From Paramoeba atlantica (Eukaryota; Protista; Discosea), in assembly GCA_977017575.1 (NCBI GenBank), contig CDRNVI010000014.1, forward strand, positions 1 through 64,000: 64,000 nt of DNA. The letters are read 5' to 3'. Under the pieces are notes generated by a model. It ran no database searches. It was not told the DNA's origin and was given only the letters and a program-made list of their open reading frames with translations. Within the stretch, counting starts at the first letter, position 1, and each line of letters starts with the position of its first letter. This document shows positions 42,527 to 53,825 of the stretch, in pieces. Made by a program: the position numbers and the translations under genes.

Positions 42527-43132
42527 TTATAAGGAAACGAAAAATGGAACATCCGGCCTTCTGGAAAACTTATTTCCCCGCAGAAAAAGTTGAACCAAAC
42601 TTGCTGGCAGCTTGGAAAGATCTCCCACACTGTCAAATTCATTGCCGTTGAGGTACAACGATGTCAAGTTTGGAGGCAACAACGTCAGATCCAGATCTCC
42701 TGAAAACTGATTTCCTCGGAGGTTTAAATACGTCAAACGAGAGGGCAACTCCGTCAAATCTACAGTTCCGAAGAAACTGCAACAAGGAATCACAAAACTG
42801 TTCAATCCGATGGGAAGCTCATTAACAAACAGTCTTCCCGTCATCCCTTTCTGATGCCATATGGAAAACTCTTTTGTAGTATGCGGCATGTGACTCCACG
42901 CAAGTGTTCCAACGTAATTCGTTTCGAGTCGAATGTATCCGACATAGTCACTGGTGCCGCATTCCACACTTTTCCACTCACACGCGGGCGTGTCAATCGT
43001 CCATGAGGAGTCCGGATTGGAGATGTTGGCTAAGAACCGAACGAGATTGTGTTCTTGTGGAAGAACAGATTTACTCACCTTCGAGGGCCGGGCGAGGTCT
43101 TGGAACGTGTCTTTGAAGCTAAGGGAGAACAT
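42527..43132 (-). CDS. LRR protein (201 aa)
   Basis: RPSKV..LPQEHNL, SW.IDTPACEWKSVEC cap and 23-aa repeats (LPSRLTYLNLRGNQFSGDLDLTL). Confidence 0.9.
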   Translation of the reverse strand: MFSLSFKDTFQDLARPSKVSKSVLPQEHNLVRFLANISNPDSSWTIDTPACEWKSVECGTSDYVGYIRLETNYVGTLAWSHMPHTTKEFSIWHQKGMTGRLFVNELPIGLNSFVIPCCSFFGTVDLTELPSRLTYLNLRGNQFSGDLDLTLLPPNLTSLYLNGNEFDSVGDLSKLPASLVQLFLRGNKFSRRPDVPFFVSL

Positions 43133-43529
43133 GGAGCAGAAGTAATGCTGTAGTTTTTGTTGAAAAGGAATACTGTACGTTTGTGATACTAAACATGTTC
43201 TTCGGATTCTGCTTTCTTATTGTATGTACACTACTCCCCTTGTCATTAATAATGATCATAATAAACTTGAAGAAGGCTATTTTTTTTGAGATTATTATTA
43301 TCATTATCATTGTTCATGGACTTGAAAGAATTCTTGAAATTTGAAAATTCTATGTCTTTGCGTTTTAAAAAACGAAAACAAAATGTTTTTGGGGGAAAAA
43401 TTGACTCAAAGAAAATTTGAGAAAAAACTGCCTACGTGAATATGAATTGATGTTCTAAGAGTTTTCACATATGGAGAAAAAGTTTCTTTGCATTATCGTT
43501 ATTAATAATAGGGGGAGTATACATATTAT

Positions 43530-46500
43530 CATACATCTCCTTAGTACGGATAGTACGTACTAAGTACCGTACTATCCGTACTAAGTACGAAAGTCCGTAC
43601 TTCATACATTTTGAAAAATATTTTATGCCAAAGTGGGACCTTGACTACGAATTTCAATTAAAGAAAAGCTCATCTTTTTCATTGGAAAGCAATGTTGGGA
43701 TCGCATTACTTAAACTAATTTATTATTCCGTTACTATAGCATTTTCTTTTCAATTTTTATTCACTTTTCTCCAGCACCATGTCTAGGAAGTCAGGCCGAG
43801 GTGAACAGGATGGAAGCGAGGTAACTCCCGAAAGAACGGTCTCTCGCGCTCATCACGCAACGCCGCCTAGCGTTCTAATGCGAGAGGGGGTGGTTCCCCT
43901 TTTTGCTGTCGTACGTTGCTCGGCAAATTGTCATCACAACCATGATGCAATGCCCGTTGACGGTATGGGGCATGAATGTCATTACAAATGCATGACCCCT
44001 GGCTGCCATTTTGAATCTCATTGCAAGACTCGTAATCATTATCAACAGCATCGTAAGCACTGCGATCTTCGCATTGATAAGGAGAAACTTGACGCTGTTC
44101 AAATGGCTATGTCGTGTGAAAGGGAAGCCGAACTTTACGCCACACGAATAGTACCCAGCATGCATGCTCTCATGAGCACTCTTTCGCAGCAATTTCTTAC
44201 TTTTGTTCGGTCGCTCCTGGAGCAATGGCCTCCAAAGGTTACCATTGAACAGTTTCTAGCCTTTTTCCCCAAAAAGACCGGAAAACTTCACGAATGTGAA
44301 TCTGTTCTCGCCGATGAGCTATGGGAAATTCTCAAGTCGGACATCGATAAGTATACATACTTTGGGGCTGCCGTTGACGCTGGTATCGATCGGATGAAGG
44401 GAGAACATATACTATTATGTGTGGTATATGTCGGCCCTGAGGAATATGTTCTTCCCCCTATGTACTCGCCTCAGTACAAGGCATTTGACGGGAAGCTCAT
44501 GGCTGAAACCCTGGTGAACAGTATGACGATCAATATCGGATGTGAACGACTGAAAAAATTGAAGTTTTTAATGGTTGATGGAAGTGCTGTAAATCATGTA
44601 GCTCGCTTGTATTGCGAGGGACATTTGCGTGACATCTATGAGAGGACAGATTAGATTGGAAATAATGATATTACGAATTTTGAGCAAGGTCTGCGACACT
44701 TTGTTCCTAGTATCGCTTTGCTATCGTGCGTGGGGCACATGATAAATTGTTTTTGCAATACGGCATTCAAGTCTTATGAAGAATCTCCGGCTTTTAAATT
44801 CAAGAAGGCGTTCGCCCAGGCATTCTATTCAGGTGGAAAACCGAGTGCTACAAAAGGTAAATATAAGGGTGTTGCACTTGGAATAAAGTTGGCGAAATGC
44901 GATGAGGCGTATTTGAAAGCTGCTTCAAATTTTCGAACGTACTGCACTAGGTTCGGAGATCGATGCTTGAAAAGATATCGTCCTGGGCTCGAGAACGGTC
45001 TTCTAGAAAGTCTGGAAATATTAAAAACCGTGATACCAGATGAGTCTAAGTATCTCATTGAGAAATTGCTTCTGACCGATTTAACATGGGAAGAAAAGTG
45101 TACTATTTTACATGAGCATAAAGGTGCCGTTCTAGTTGGAATTGATCGATCCTCAAAATCACAAGGTGTAGAAACTCCGCAATTAGGGGGTGTCACACGC
45201 TGGTGTCGTGATAAGTTCACAGCGATGGATTTTATCGCCAACAACATCGATATCATAAAAGCTTTCGTTGAAGCTGAAATGAAAAAACAAAGTCCTACAT
45301 CTAAGTCTATTGTGAACTGTTCAAGGCTTCTAGTTCGTTACGGAGTTGAAAATATTCGCAATTCGTGCTTAACCTTCTTAAAGGAATGCGATATTCTCTT
45401 CGTTGCATTGAACAAATTTTCTGACCTCAATGGGAAACCTACAGCAACGCACGTTGCCGAAACTTTGGAACAGTTATTCGAGGATTCAGAGGAAGGAGTC
45501 GGGCCTGAAGGTTTAAAAGAAGCGCTGAAGCATCATATGGCCCGGCTTTCTAAAAACCATAACATGGAATTTTGGAAAGACATTGTTTGGTTCGATCCAA
45601 TATTCATTTCTGAATTCGGGCGCCCATATAACATGAAGAGTATCAGTGTGCAGCGGGCGATCAACCTTTTTGATCGAGGTTTGGGAGCACTAACAGAGCG
45701 AAACGCCTTATTTTCTATTACTGACACAGAATGGCAAGCGTACGTCACTTGTACTGACTTTGAGTGGGATCCCTCTGTGCACAGTAATGAGTATGATTAC
45801 TGGTGCACTACGGGTGATAGACTTTTCCCATCTATTGCTTTCGCCGCGCGTCATTACGTTTGGACGCCACCTCTCATGACAAAGTGTGACTCATGGCTAT
45901 CGATATTGTCGTATATGTACAGTCCTCGACAATCCAGACTTCCTCCACGTGCGATTGCTGACCGGATTTTTTTGCGTGGAAACCTAAATAAGATTAAAAG
46001 AGTGACTCATAGACCGAAAACGCAATATAAATCATCCGAGGAAGGTGAGTTTGATCTTCTCGAAAGTAGCGATACAGATGAAGGCGAAGACAAAGATTTT
46101 ACAGAGTAACCACCCTCTCATTGGACTAATTTAGGGTGATTTTTCTAACTAAAATTAATGGAATCTTGTAATGTATGATGTTGATTGCATAGCTTTGTAA
46201 AAAAATATATACAGCATTCTATATATTCAATGAAAATAGCTTCTAAAAGTTCTTAGATCACTTTCACTTTTCCTTTCCGTTCTCTTATACATTTTTTGGG
46301 AGGGTGTCGGCGATCACCTATTCGTTAGTTCATAGCAAGTGAGAAAATAGTGATAAATATAGAGTGTCTTTTGATTCAAATTTTTATGCGTTCACCGTAC
46401 GCTTCTTCTATATTCCTTTTAAATTACTTCTATATTTGCTTTTATTTAGTGAGTGTTAGCATGTATGCCCTTCATGACAGAGGTTGCAGCCCTTCATCGT

Positions 46501-46671
46501 CACATGGTACACTACTTCAGTGTGGTTTCTTTATTTGAAATTGTTAGACAAACTGCATGAAGTACGGACTTTCGTACTAAGTACGGATAGTTCGGTACTT
46601 AGTACGTACTAGTACGAAATACGGGGTCCGTACTACGTTTAGTACGAAGTACCGTACTGGGGAGATGTATG
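43530..46671 (+). mobile_element. hAT-superfamily DNA transposon, 3142 bp, with TIRs and 6-bp TSD TATTAT
   Basis: TIR CATACATCTCC (43530-43540) / GGAGATGTATG (46661-46671). TATTAT at 43524-43529 and 46672-46677. Inverted subterminal GTAC-rich arrays at 43551-43605 and 46557-46611. Confidence 0.88.
43779..46109 (+). pseudogene. hAT transposase (776 codons), single in-frame TAG at 44652-44654
   Basis: Cys/His-rich N-terminus, AVDAGID, MVDGSAVN, CVGHMIN (CxxH), GVTRW, and a C-terminal dimerisation-like region FPSIAFAA...TPP...R..RL...IFLRGN. Confidence 0.85.
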
Positions 46672-46840
46672 TATTATATTGTAGTCATTAGTATATTGTA
46701 GTCTTATCGAACATTACTACTCGATTTCAAATTAGTCATATTCATAGATCAACACCCCATATGTACATGCCTTCTCCATGCCAAAAAATGTTTATTGGCC
46801 AGGTGCACTTACATTAACACGAAGAGAGGAACAGAAGATT

Positions 46841-47431
46841 TTACATAATTTTATTACGCCGCAAATCTACATTCTTCAAATGAACTGGAAGTCTTGAAAA
46901 ATCCACTGGTCCCTCAAAGCAGTTTCTATTGAGCTCCAAAACAACTAAATTAGGGGGAAGTGACATTAGGTCCAGAGATCCTTTGAATCGATTTCCATTG
47001 AGATTTAAAGTTGTCAAAGCAGGCGGAAGCACTGTCATGTCTAAATTACCGAAAAGATCGCAATTCGGAACACGAAAGATATTTAGAGCAGCAGGGAGTT
47101 CCCTAACAGGCAAGATCCCAGAAATTCCGGATCGACTGATTTCACATGTTTGAATACTCCCTGGCATATAACCCCATGCCAAAGTCCCGTAATACTCCGG
47201 TGCGGCATATCGGCTCATTCCAATTTCGATCGCTATAACATTTTGATTTTTATCACAGGACACTCCCTTCCATTCACACGCTGTTGTATTTGCTGTCCAC
47301 GATTCGTGTGGATTGTGAATGTTTGCAACGAATTGAGCTAGACTGTATTCTTGTGGAAGAAATGTACCTCGCACTTTCGAAGGACGGGACACGCCCGTGT
47401 CTTTACAACGAAGAAAAGACGAAATAAACAT
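46841..47431 (-). CDS. LRR protein (196 aa)
   Basis: RPSKV..LPQEYSL, SW..NTTACEWKGVSC cap and LRRs. Confidence 0.9.
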   Translation of the reverse strand: MFISSFLRCKDTGVSRPSKVRGTFLPQEYSLAQFVANIHNPHESWTANTTACEWKGVSCDKNQNVIAIEIGMSRYAAPEYYGTLAWGYMPGSIQTCEISRSGISGILPVRELPAALNIFRVPNCDLFGNLDMTVLPPALTTLNLNGNRFKGSLDLMSLPPNLVVLELNRNCFEGPVDFSRLPVHLKNVDLRRNKIM

Positions 47432-47702
47432 GCGAGAGGAGAAACTGTACTCGTGCTCAAAAAATATTAAACAAAATGAGACCCGATGGGGTAGGTGCGA
47501 CTACACAACTATATACACAACTAAATTATACATACTGACTACTATACTGTATATACAGGGGGTGACGCTTGAGTCGCATGGTGATCGCGTCAAATTGTAC
47601 ATAAAATCATAAATAAAATTGCGGGGGTTGTTTACAACCTCTGCCTCTTTCTTCCTTATGGTGTCCGGGGTAGCATGGATCTAATGGGGTGAGATATAAG
47701 GT

Positions 47703-47905
47703 GACTGTGACGGCCCAGTTGGTAACCCTGTCTCCCTTAACGTGGATGTGCCATCGTTCGAACCCCATGCGCGTAGTTTTCACCAAAGCTAACGAGCGGG
47801 GTGCGTTCAGAACCCAGGGTGTGCGCCTTGGTGGCGCCAGTAGTTCAGTGAGTAGAACATCTGATTATGGTTCGGAAGACACAGGTTTGATCCCGCTGCA
47901 CGTAG
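47703..47905 (+). other. Two tandem degenerate tRNA-like sequences (~47703-47775 and ~47833-47905)
   Basis: First has GGCCCAGTTGGT and GTTCGAACC. Second has D stem GTTC/GAAC, anticodon stem TCTGA/TCGGA with loop TTATGGT (His-like), and GGTTTGATCC. Confidence 0.45.
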
Positions 47906-49031
47906 TATTCACAAGACGGGTTATCTCGATGAGCTTACTCTGTACCTAGCTTAGTTCTGTACCTTGTTGATTATGATAACTAAAAATAAAACTTAATAAT
48001 AATAAAAACCACACCCGACCTCAGTTCCGTCATACCCGGAATTGTCCTCCCACCGTCACTCAGACCTCGGGGACCATCCTAGCTCCTCTACGATCTCCAA
48101 GCGGCAGACAAAACCTGTTGTCCCACCATCTCCGTCACGATTAGCTTCCGTGGGTCACGTGGCTGGCGTTGTCGGCACAGCAGTACGGAATGGACTGTTT
48201 CGTTCAGGTGAAAAATATCAAGGATCACAACCCACGGAGCACGGAGCACGTGCACAGGAACTGCTTGAGCAAGCTGTGTTGCGTCTTGCATCTCAAGTGT
48301 CGGAACTACGTAGCTAGCTCGGTTGCAATTCGGAGTAGGTGAGCAATCGAATCAGAAGGTTTTAATACCCCCGTTACACGCATCACAGAACGCTAATCCT
48401 CACGCATTGTAGCTTTCATTAGCATTGTAGCTCCGGTTCTGAGCTCGGAAAAAGATTTCAAATTCCTTCAACAGTGGATTACAAGAGGTCCCTAATACAG
48501 TCTTCTATCACCATGTCATCCAAGGTTCCCAACTACAAAACTTGATGCGGCCAGACATTTTACAGCCTATGCAAAGAAAAATGTTAGCGGAGTCATGTAA
48601 GTAGCAAAAATATGATGCTTAATCATTCGCATAGATAATACTGAAGTAAATTTTTATTTAAAAAAGTCCAAAAATTGAGTTTTTTTTCTTTACGTAGATA
48701 ATACGTTTATATATATAATACTGAAATTTGTTCGAAACTAACATAAAAAAATCAAGTTGTTTTTGGAAAAGGGAAAAAAGTCCCTTTTTACCGAGAATCT
48801 TCCTCAGAAAGTGCGAAACGAATTGAGAATCCCAATGAATAATATTTATACATAGGATAGACGTATGCATAGGATATACATAAGATAGATGTATACATAG
48901 GATAGATGTATGCCGCCGTACATCTAAGAGTATTGGGACTCCTTTGTTTTTTGGGTCCGAGAAACATTCGCACGCGGGGGAACAGATGCTACAGCGAATG
49001 CGGCTCACGTGCAACGCGGTCCACGTGCAGT

Positions 49032-49094
49032 GGACTGGCGCAACTTTATGTTGCTATTTCTCGCGTTCCTTGTTTAGATGACATTCGTCTTCTT
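49032..49094 (+). mobile_element. Remnant of a PIF1/Helitron-type helicase C-terminal motif
   Basis: GLAQLYVAISRVPCLDDIRLL matches the GQLYVALSRV motif; no upstream helicase motifs seen. Confidence 0.55.
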
Positions 49095-49454
49095 TCTTCG
49101 TTGGGAACGCGCGGCCCCGGTACCCGCCTTACTCGCTGTTACTGGCGACCAAAGTCTCCTGCCATGAGACAGGGTGAAAAACTGACAGATTTGTCTTATC
49201 GCTTTGCGTAAAGGCGTCTTTCAAGCGTACACATGGTAGTTAGAACTTACAGGGGGAAACACGCTAGATACCGGTCACAAGCCCGGCGTCTCATAATTTA
49301 TGAAAAGTGTAAGTGACTCTTCTACATACTGTGACCCCTCCTTTAATACGGACCCCCCTGAACCCCCCTTTAATACGGATTTTTTTTTGGAGATTTTTTT
49401 ACCTTCCAATTTCGATTTTCGGAGAAAATTATTTTTTTGGCTTAGACGTCTCCT

Positions 49455-50349
49455 TTGAGCACGGTCAAAAACATTGAAGTGCTTTTTCCTCAGTTTTCTT
49501 CATTTTTGTGCTTAGAATTTGATTCAGGGAATATTATTAGTAACAACACCATGTCTCAACACTGTGATACTTCATCACATGGTACAAATGGTCCGCTCAC
49601 CTTATGGATCAGGAAGCATCCACCACAGCCGCGAATCGGCGACGAATCTCATGTATCACTCGACCTAGGTACGATGCCTCCGGTAGTACAGGGGAAGCGA
49701 GCCCGCCATGATTTAAACGCAAACGAAAAGCGAAAGATTTGTCGTTCCACAATGACAATCAAAGGTCTAATGAAGAAAGACGCCCTTTCTCGTATCTCTG
49801 TGTATGAGATACGGAGTAAAGGTTTAAATCATTACCAGGTCATAATTAATAGTTCAAGAGGAAGATCCTGTAGGAACCGTGGGTTTAACACAAAAGGGGG
49901 GGGACTACAATGATCCAGACGCAGTAGTCTATGATAAGGCTACTGCCATGCGACGCGTTCATGCCTCTTGTGAACAGGCTTCCTCCCTTTGGTGCCCTCT
50001 AACAAGAAGTATCGTAATACATGTAGGGTTAAACACTGGCTTAACTTCAATGAATGCTTTGCAGGACGCGAATGTGCCCTCCACATCATTAACAACTTAT
50101 GCACCCTACTTTTTTTTAGGCAAAGTGGAGAACACACTGACCAGGAAGAATCTCTCCAGAAGTTGGACCCCTTATCTCTCCGGCTTTCCAAACTCATCTG
50201 CTGAAAGTATCTCTGTCCTTGAAGACGCAGACGAAGAAGACGAAGACTACAACATCGTGCTTAAGCTGCTGAAAGATGGCGACTTAGGAGATACCACAGC
50301 AGAAGGATGGGAAAAGACGGAAAATTTCCCCGATAATGTTGAACTGTAA
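49455..50349 (+). pseudogene. Unassigned coding relic, two ORFs joined across a G8 run (~49896-49903)
   Basis: Overlapping ORFs 49455-49913 and 49879-50349; no family recognised. Confidence 0.3.
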
Positions 50350-50697
50350 ATCCTTATGGGCAGGTTAAATATTTCCTATTCGAGTTATACAGTTGCATAG
50401 TTACTTCTAGTACACCCCTGTTCTAAAATAATGAAACTATTCCCTAGAGAGCTACGCCAATCTATTTTGAATATTTTAAAAACGTACTTTTAGAGAACAC
50501 TGCTGAAAAGACTGCTTTTAATTCGATTCTAAAACTTTTTGAAAAACGTTTTTTTAAGCACTGAAAATTTCACTTTATTCGACAATTTTTTGTACCTGCA
50601 TGTCGTATCCATCCGAAGAACCGAGGGCGACATCTCCATCTCTCTCTTCAACACAAGAGGTGACCTCTGAAGTCAGTAGTCAACTCAGCGACTCTGA

Positions 50698-52280
50698 TTG
50701 TACGTGCACAGAGGACATGTCGGGGTCAGAAGATTACATTTCTTCTTACATTGCCGGAATACGCAACTTCTGACTCGAATGATGATCCGAATACAACATA
50801 CTTTTACAAAGTATCCGAATTGGGATCCTGATCAGGAAGTCTCTGATTCTGCAATTTCGGATTCTGATTCCGATTATTTTGAGGAAAGCGATATGCTTTG
50901 CGTACACCAGGAACTAAATGCGGCATCCAGTCCTGAGAATATTAATGACAATATTTCCTCTCCTTCTTTTCCTGAACTGAAAAAGTGCTTTGATGCACAG
51001 CTTGTGGAAGAGGCTGAATTGTTACAAGCAGTTCGGCCAACTGAGCAAATCCAACAATCGAGAAATCGGCCAACAGAAATACAAGACGTCAGCCTTCATT
51101 GTTTTTTCATACGTTGACATCCAACCGCATACTCCTCTCAGCGGACATGAGAATTCTTCAACGACAGCCGCCGAAGGTACCGCAAACGACGTCACGGCAG
51201 TCGAAAACATTTCAAGAGAACCGAAAGAAAACAAGCAGATATTCTAAGTGTTCGACATTCCGTCCACCAGTGGTCGAAAGACCTGCATGCGTCTACAGTC
51301 CGCCTCCGCACTTTGGGCACACGTTTGCGCAGGGAAGAGCGTGAAAAGGAAAAACATAAGAACCAGGCGAAGTCCTTGCGAATTCAATTTGATACCTTGC
51401 GAATCGAGCACGATATGTTGAAAGCAGAGCACTTGACGCTTCGAACGGAATATGGTGAACTAAAAAGGAAATACGATTCTGTCTTAAAAGATCAGCATTC
51501 GCTTCTTACAACAATGGCGATTCTCCGGTCTAGGTTAGAACACCAAAACCAGGCCGTACGTCAGCAACGCAAACGGGGTCGTCCAATGAAAAGAAAGACT
51601 GCACACTTGAATGAACTCCCTGTGATATAGAAAAGGAAAGGGAGTCTAAATGAAACCGGTGTTTTTGCTCCAAAAGTTTTACATTCCACTGGGTTATTTA
51701 CCCAGGTTCAGCTGTGTCACATGCTCACGTTAAACAAATCTACTTGTCATTGTCTACTGAACTGTTATTCTTCGGTGGACGACCGTCTAAGCAAAGTAAA
51801 AGAAACGACCACCACTTTAAAGCACTGGGACTTATGTTACCAAAGTAATGGCAGAAAATCCAGTATACCGCACACTGAATAGATTGGTTTTCGCGATGGC
51901 GGAAGCATACAACTATCAGTTTGTTATATCACATCATCGAACGCGAGCACTTCCAAACCACTACGGATATAAGTTTCGCTCCAAAAAATGTACTCTGCAT
52001 CTTTCTGCGGAAAGAAAAGGGCAAGCCCGAGTAAGTTTCTGTAAAGCACTACTAAACGAAAACGAGGCGACGAGTGGTACGGTTTTTAAAAATTTATGTT
52101 TCAGTGACGAGGTATAGATGTATGTGCATGCGGGTGACATGTCACGATCCTCTTGGCAATCTTCGACTGATCAAGTATTGAAAAGTCGAACTCATCATCC
52201 AACAAGAGCTCTTCTGTGGGGGGCAATAAACTCAGAAGGCGATATTATTTTTCATTGGTGTGATAACTTATTGCACTTTT
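50698..52280 (+). mobile_element. Defective Tc1/IS630-like element with acidic and coiled-coil N-terminal region; same family as 32422-33697
   Basis: RKRGRP, then RKGSLNETGVFAPKVLHSTGLFTQVQLC aligning to RKGALSESDLYLLKGVYETGIFSQDDLC. CFSDEV*...SRTHHPTRALLWGAINSEGDIIFHWCDN aligns to 33000-33160. Confidence 0.75.
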
Positions 52281-53020
52281 ACTCTCAAGAAAAAGGAGGA
52301 AGTAGTCAAACACAGTCCACAACTCCGTTTTTTTGCTGTTTTTGCTGTCTGCGTATCTGAGAGTTTCTGTGGTTTTTCTCAGTGTCGATTCAGGTACGCG
52401 GAATCAATCCATAGATATTGCATTTATGACCGCCCATGATAAAATACAGTGCGCCCAGATAGTAAAGTTTTTTTTGGTAGTTACCACCGATTTTGGGAAA
52501 CAGCACAGCACTTGTGCTTTTTCGCGATGTTAGTGGGAAGCAATTTGCGAAGCCCAATGCACATGCACTAGAACAACCACCGCTTTTTTACGAAGCGATA
52601 GGATATACGAATCTTATACGAAGCAGTGATACACGATCTTATACGAAGCAGCTAACACATTTCAATAATCGAGAACGCTTTTACAGATAATGTATACCCC
52701 CCCTCCATTATTATCTACATCTAAATATAGAAAAACAAGTTTATGTAGATGCCCCCCATATTAAATTTGGAAGAAGGTCGATTGAATTTTCAATGGAATT
52801 TTCAAGAATAATTCTAAAAAAGGCACAGTACTGAGCATAAAGACATATTTTGTAGTCGCTTCAACGCGCATGAAGAAATGTGAAAAGAAGCTCGAATTCA
52901 CCGACAAAATCAGAAGAAAGGCATGTTATAAGACCTCATTTCACTATAACATGCAGGGGGAACATGGCAGGAGGAGTACCTCGTTGAAAAAGAGTTGGAG
53001 AAGGCTACAACGACTGCAAA

Positions 53021-53665
53021 TTAAGTGTTCATTATCTTTTGATAGCTGATCATGATCTGAGGAGGTACGTACTCAGGAATATTAAAGAAATTTCTGGAAA
53101 TTCTTACCTTCTCTATCTGCGGGGGGAGTTTCGTAAAGTCAAGGTCTCCGCAGAAACAATTGTCCGCCAAATCGATTTGACGCAGTGACGCAGGAAGACA
53201 AGTGAAATCGACCGTACCTTCGAAATGGTTTGTGTCCAGGCGAAGCAGACACAAAGAAGAAGGCAAATTAGTAAAGTCTAAGGTACCAGTATGTAAATTG
53301 GTGCTTATATCAAAATCTTCTAGTTTAGAAGGCAACAGAGAAACATTCAAATTCCCCGTCAGGGACTGCCAGTATGCCTCAAATAGAAGCACGGTATGCG
53401 GCATGTATTCCCACTTAAAACTTCCACAAATATGTGCTGATGAGTCAAACTGAATGTCTCCCCAGTTCAGAGACGCTACCTCCTTTTGAGGGTTACACTC
53501 GACGTATGTCCATTCACACGCAGGATTTTGCGCATTCCATGATGACTCTGACGTAGTAATGTTGCTGATGAATTGTGTTAGCGTATATTCTTGAGGCAGT
53601 AAACCCGTACGCACTCTGCCTGCTCGTGAGGACATGTTCTCAGCGGCACGGAAGAACAGTGACAT
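53021..53665 (-). CDS. LRR protein (214 aa)
   Basis: RAGRV..LPQEYTL, SW..NPACEWTYVEC cap and LRRs. Confidence 0.9.
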   Translation of the reverse strand: MSLFFRAAENMSSRAGRVRTGLLPQEYTLTQFISNITTSESSWNAQNPACEWTYVECNPQKEVASLNWGDIQFDSSAHICGSFKWEYMPHTVLLFEAYWQSLTGNLNVSLLPSKLEDFDISTNLHTGTLDFTNLPSSLCLLRLDTNHFEGTVDFTCLPASLRQIDLADNCFCGDLDFTKLPPQIEKVRISRNFFNIPEYVPPQIMISYQKIMNT

Positions 53666-53825
53666 GTCGAATCAAGGGCAAGTGAAAAAAAATAGTGAGA
53701 TTAGACAAAATAAGACGATTAGGCACATAAGATAGAAATTCATGGATGAAGATTTCAATAAAGGTATCTGAACAGAAAGTGATTGACTCGAATATAGTTT
53801 GAAGGAATTTAGAACAAACTGAACC

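Noticed and set aside
47950-47978. Spliced-leader (mini-exon) gene, from TAGTTCTGTACCTTGTTGATTATG
   Set aside because: Only loose similarity to the SL 3' end. There is no AACTAA 5' end, no GT donor and no tandem array; matches this short are expected by chance.
48845-48912. Short ATACATAGGATAGATGT-type tandem repeat (also 14-16 bp direct repeats near 29563 and 52608)
   Set aside because: Ordinary slippage repeats with no associated structure.
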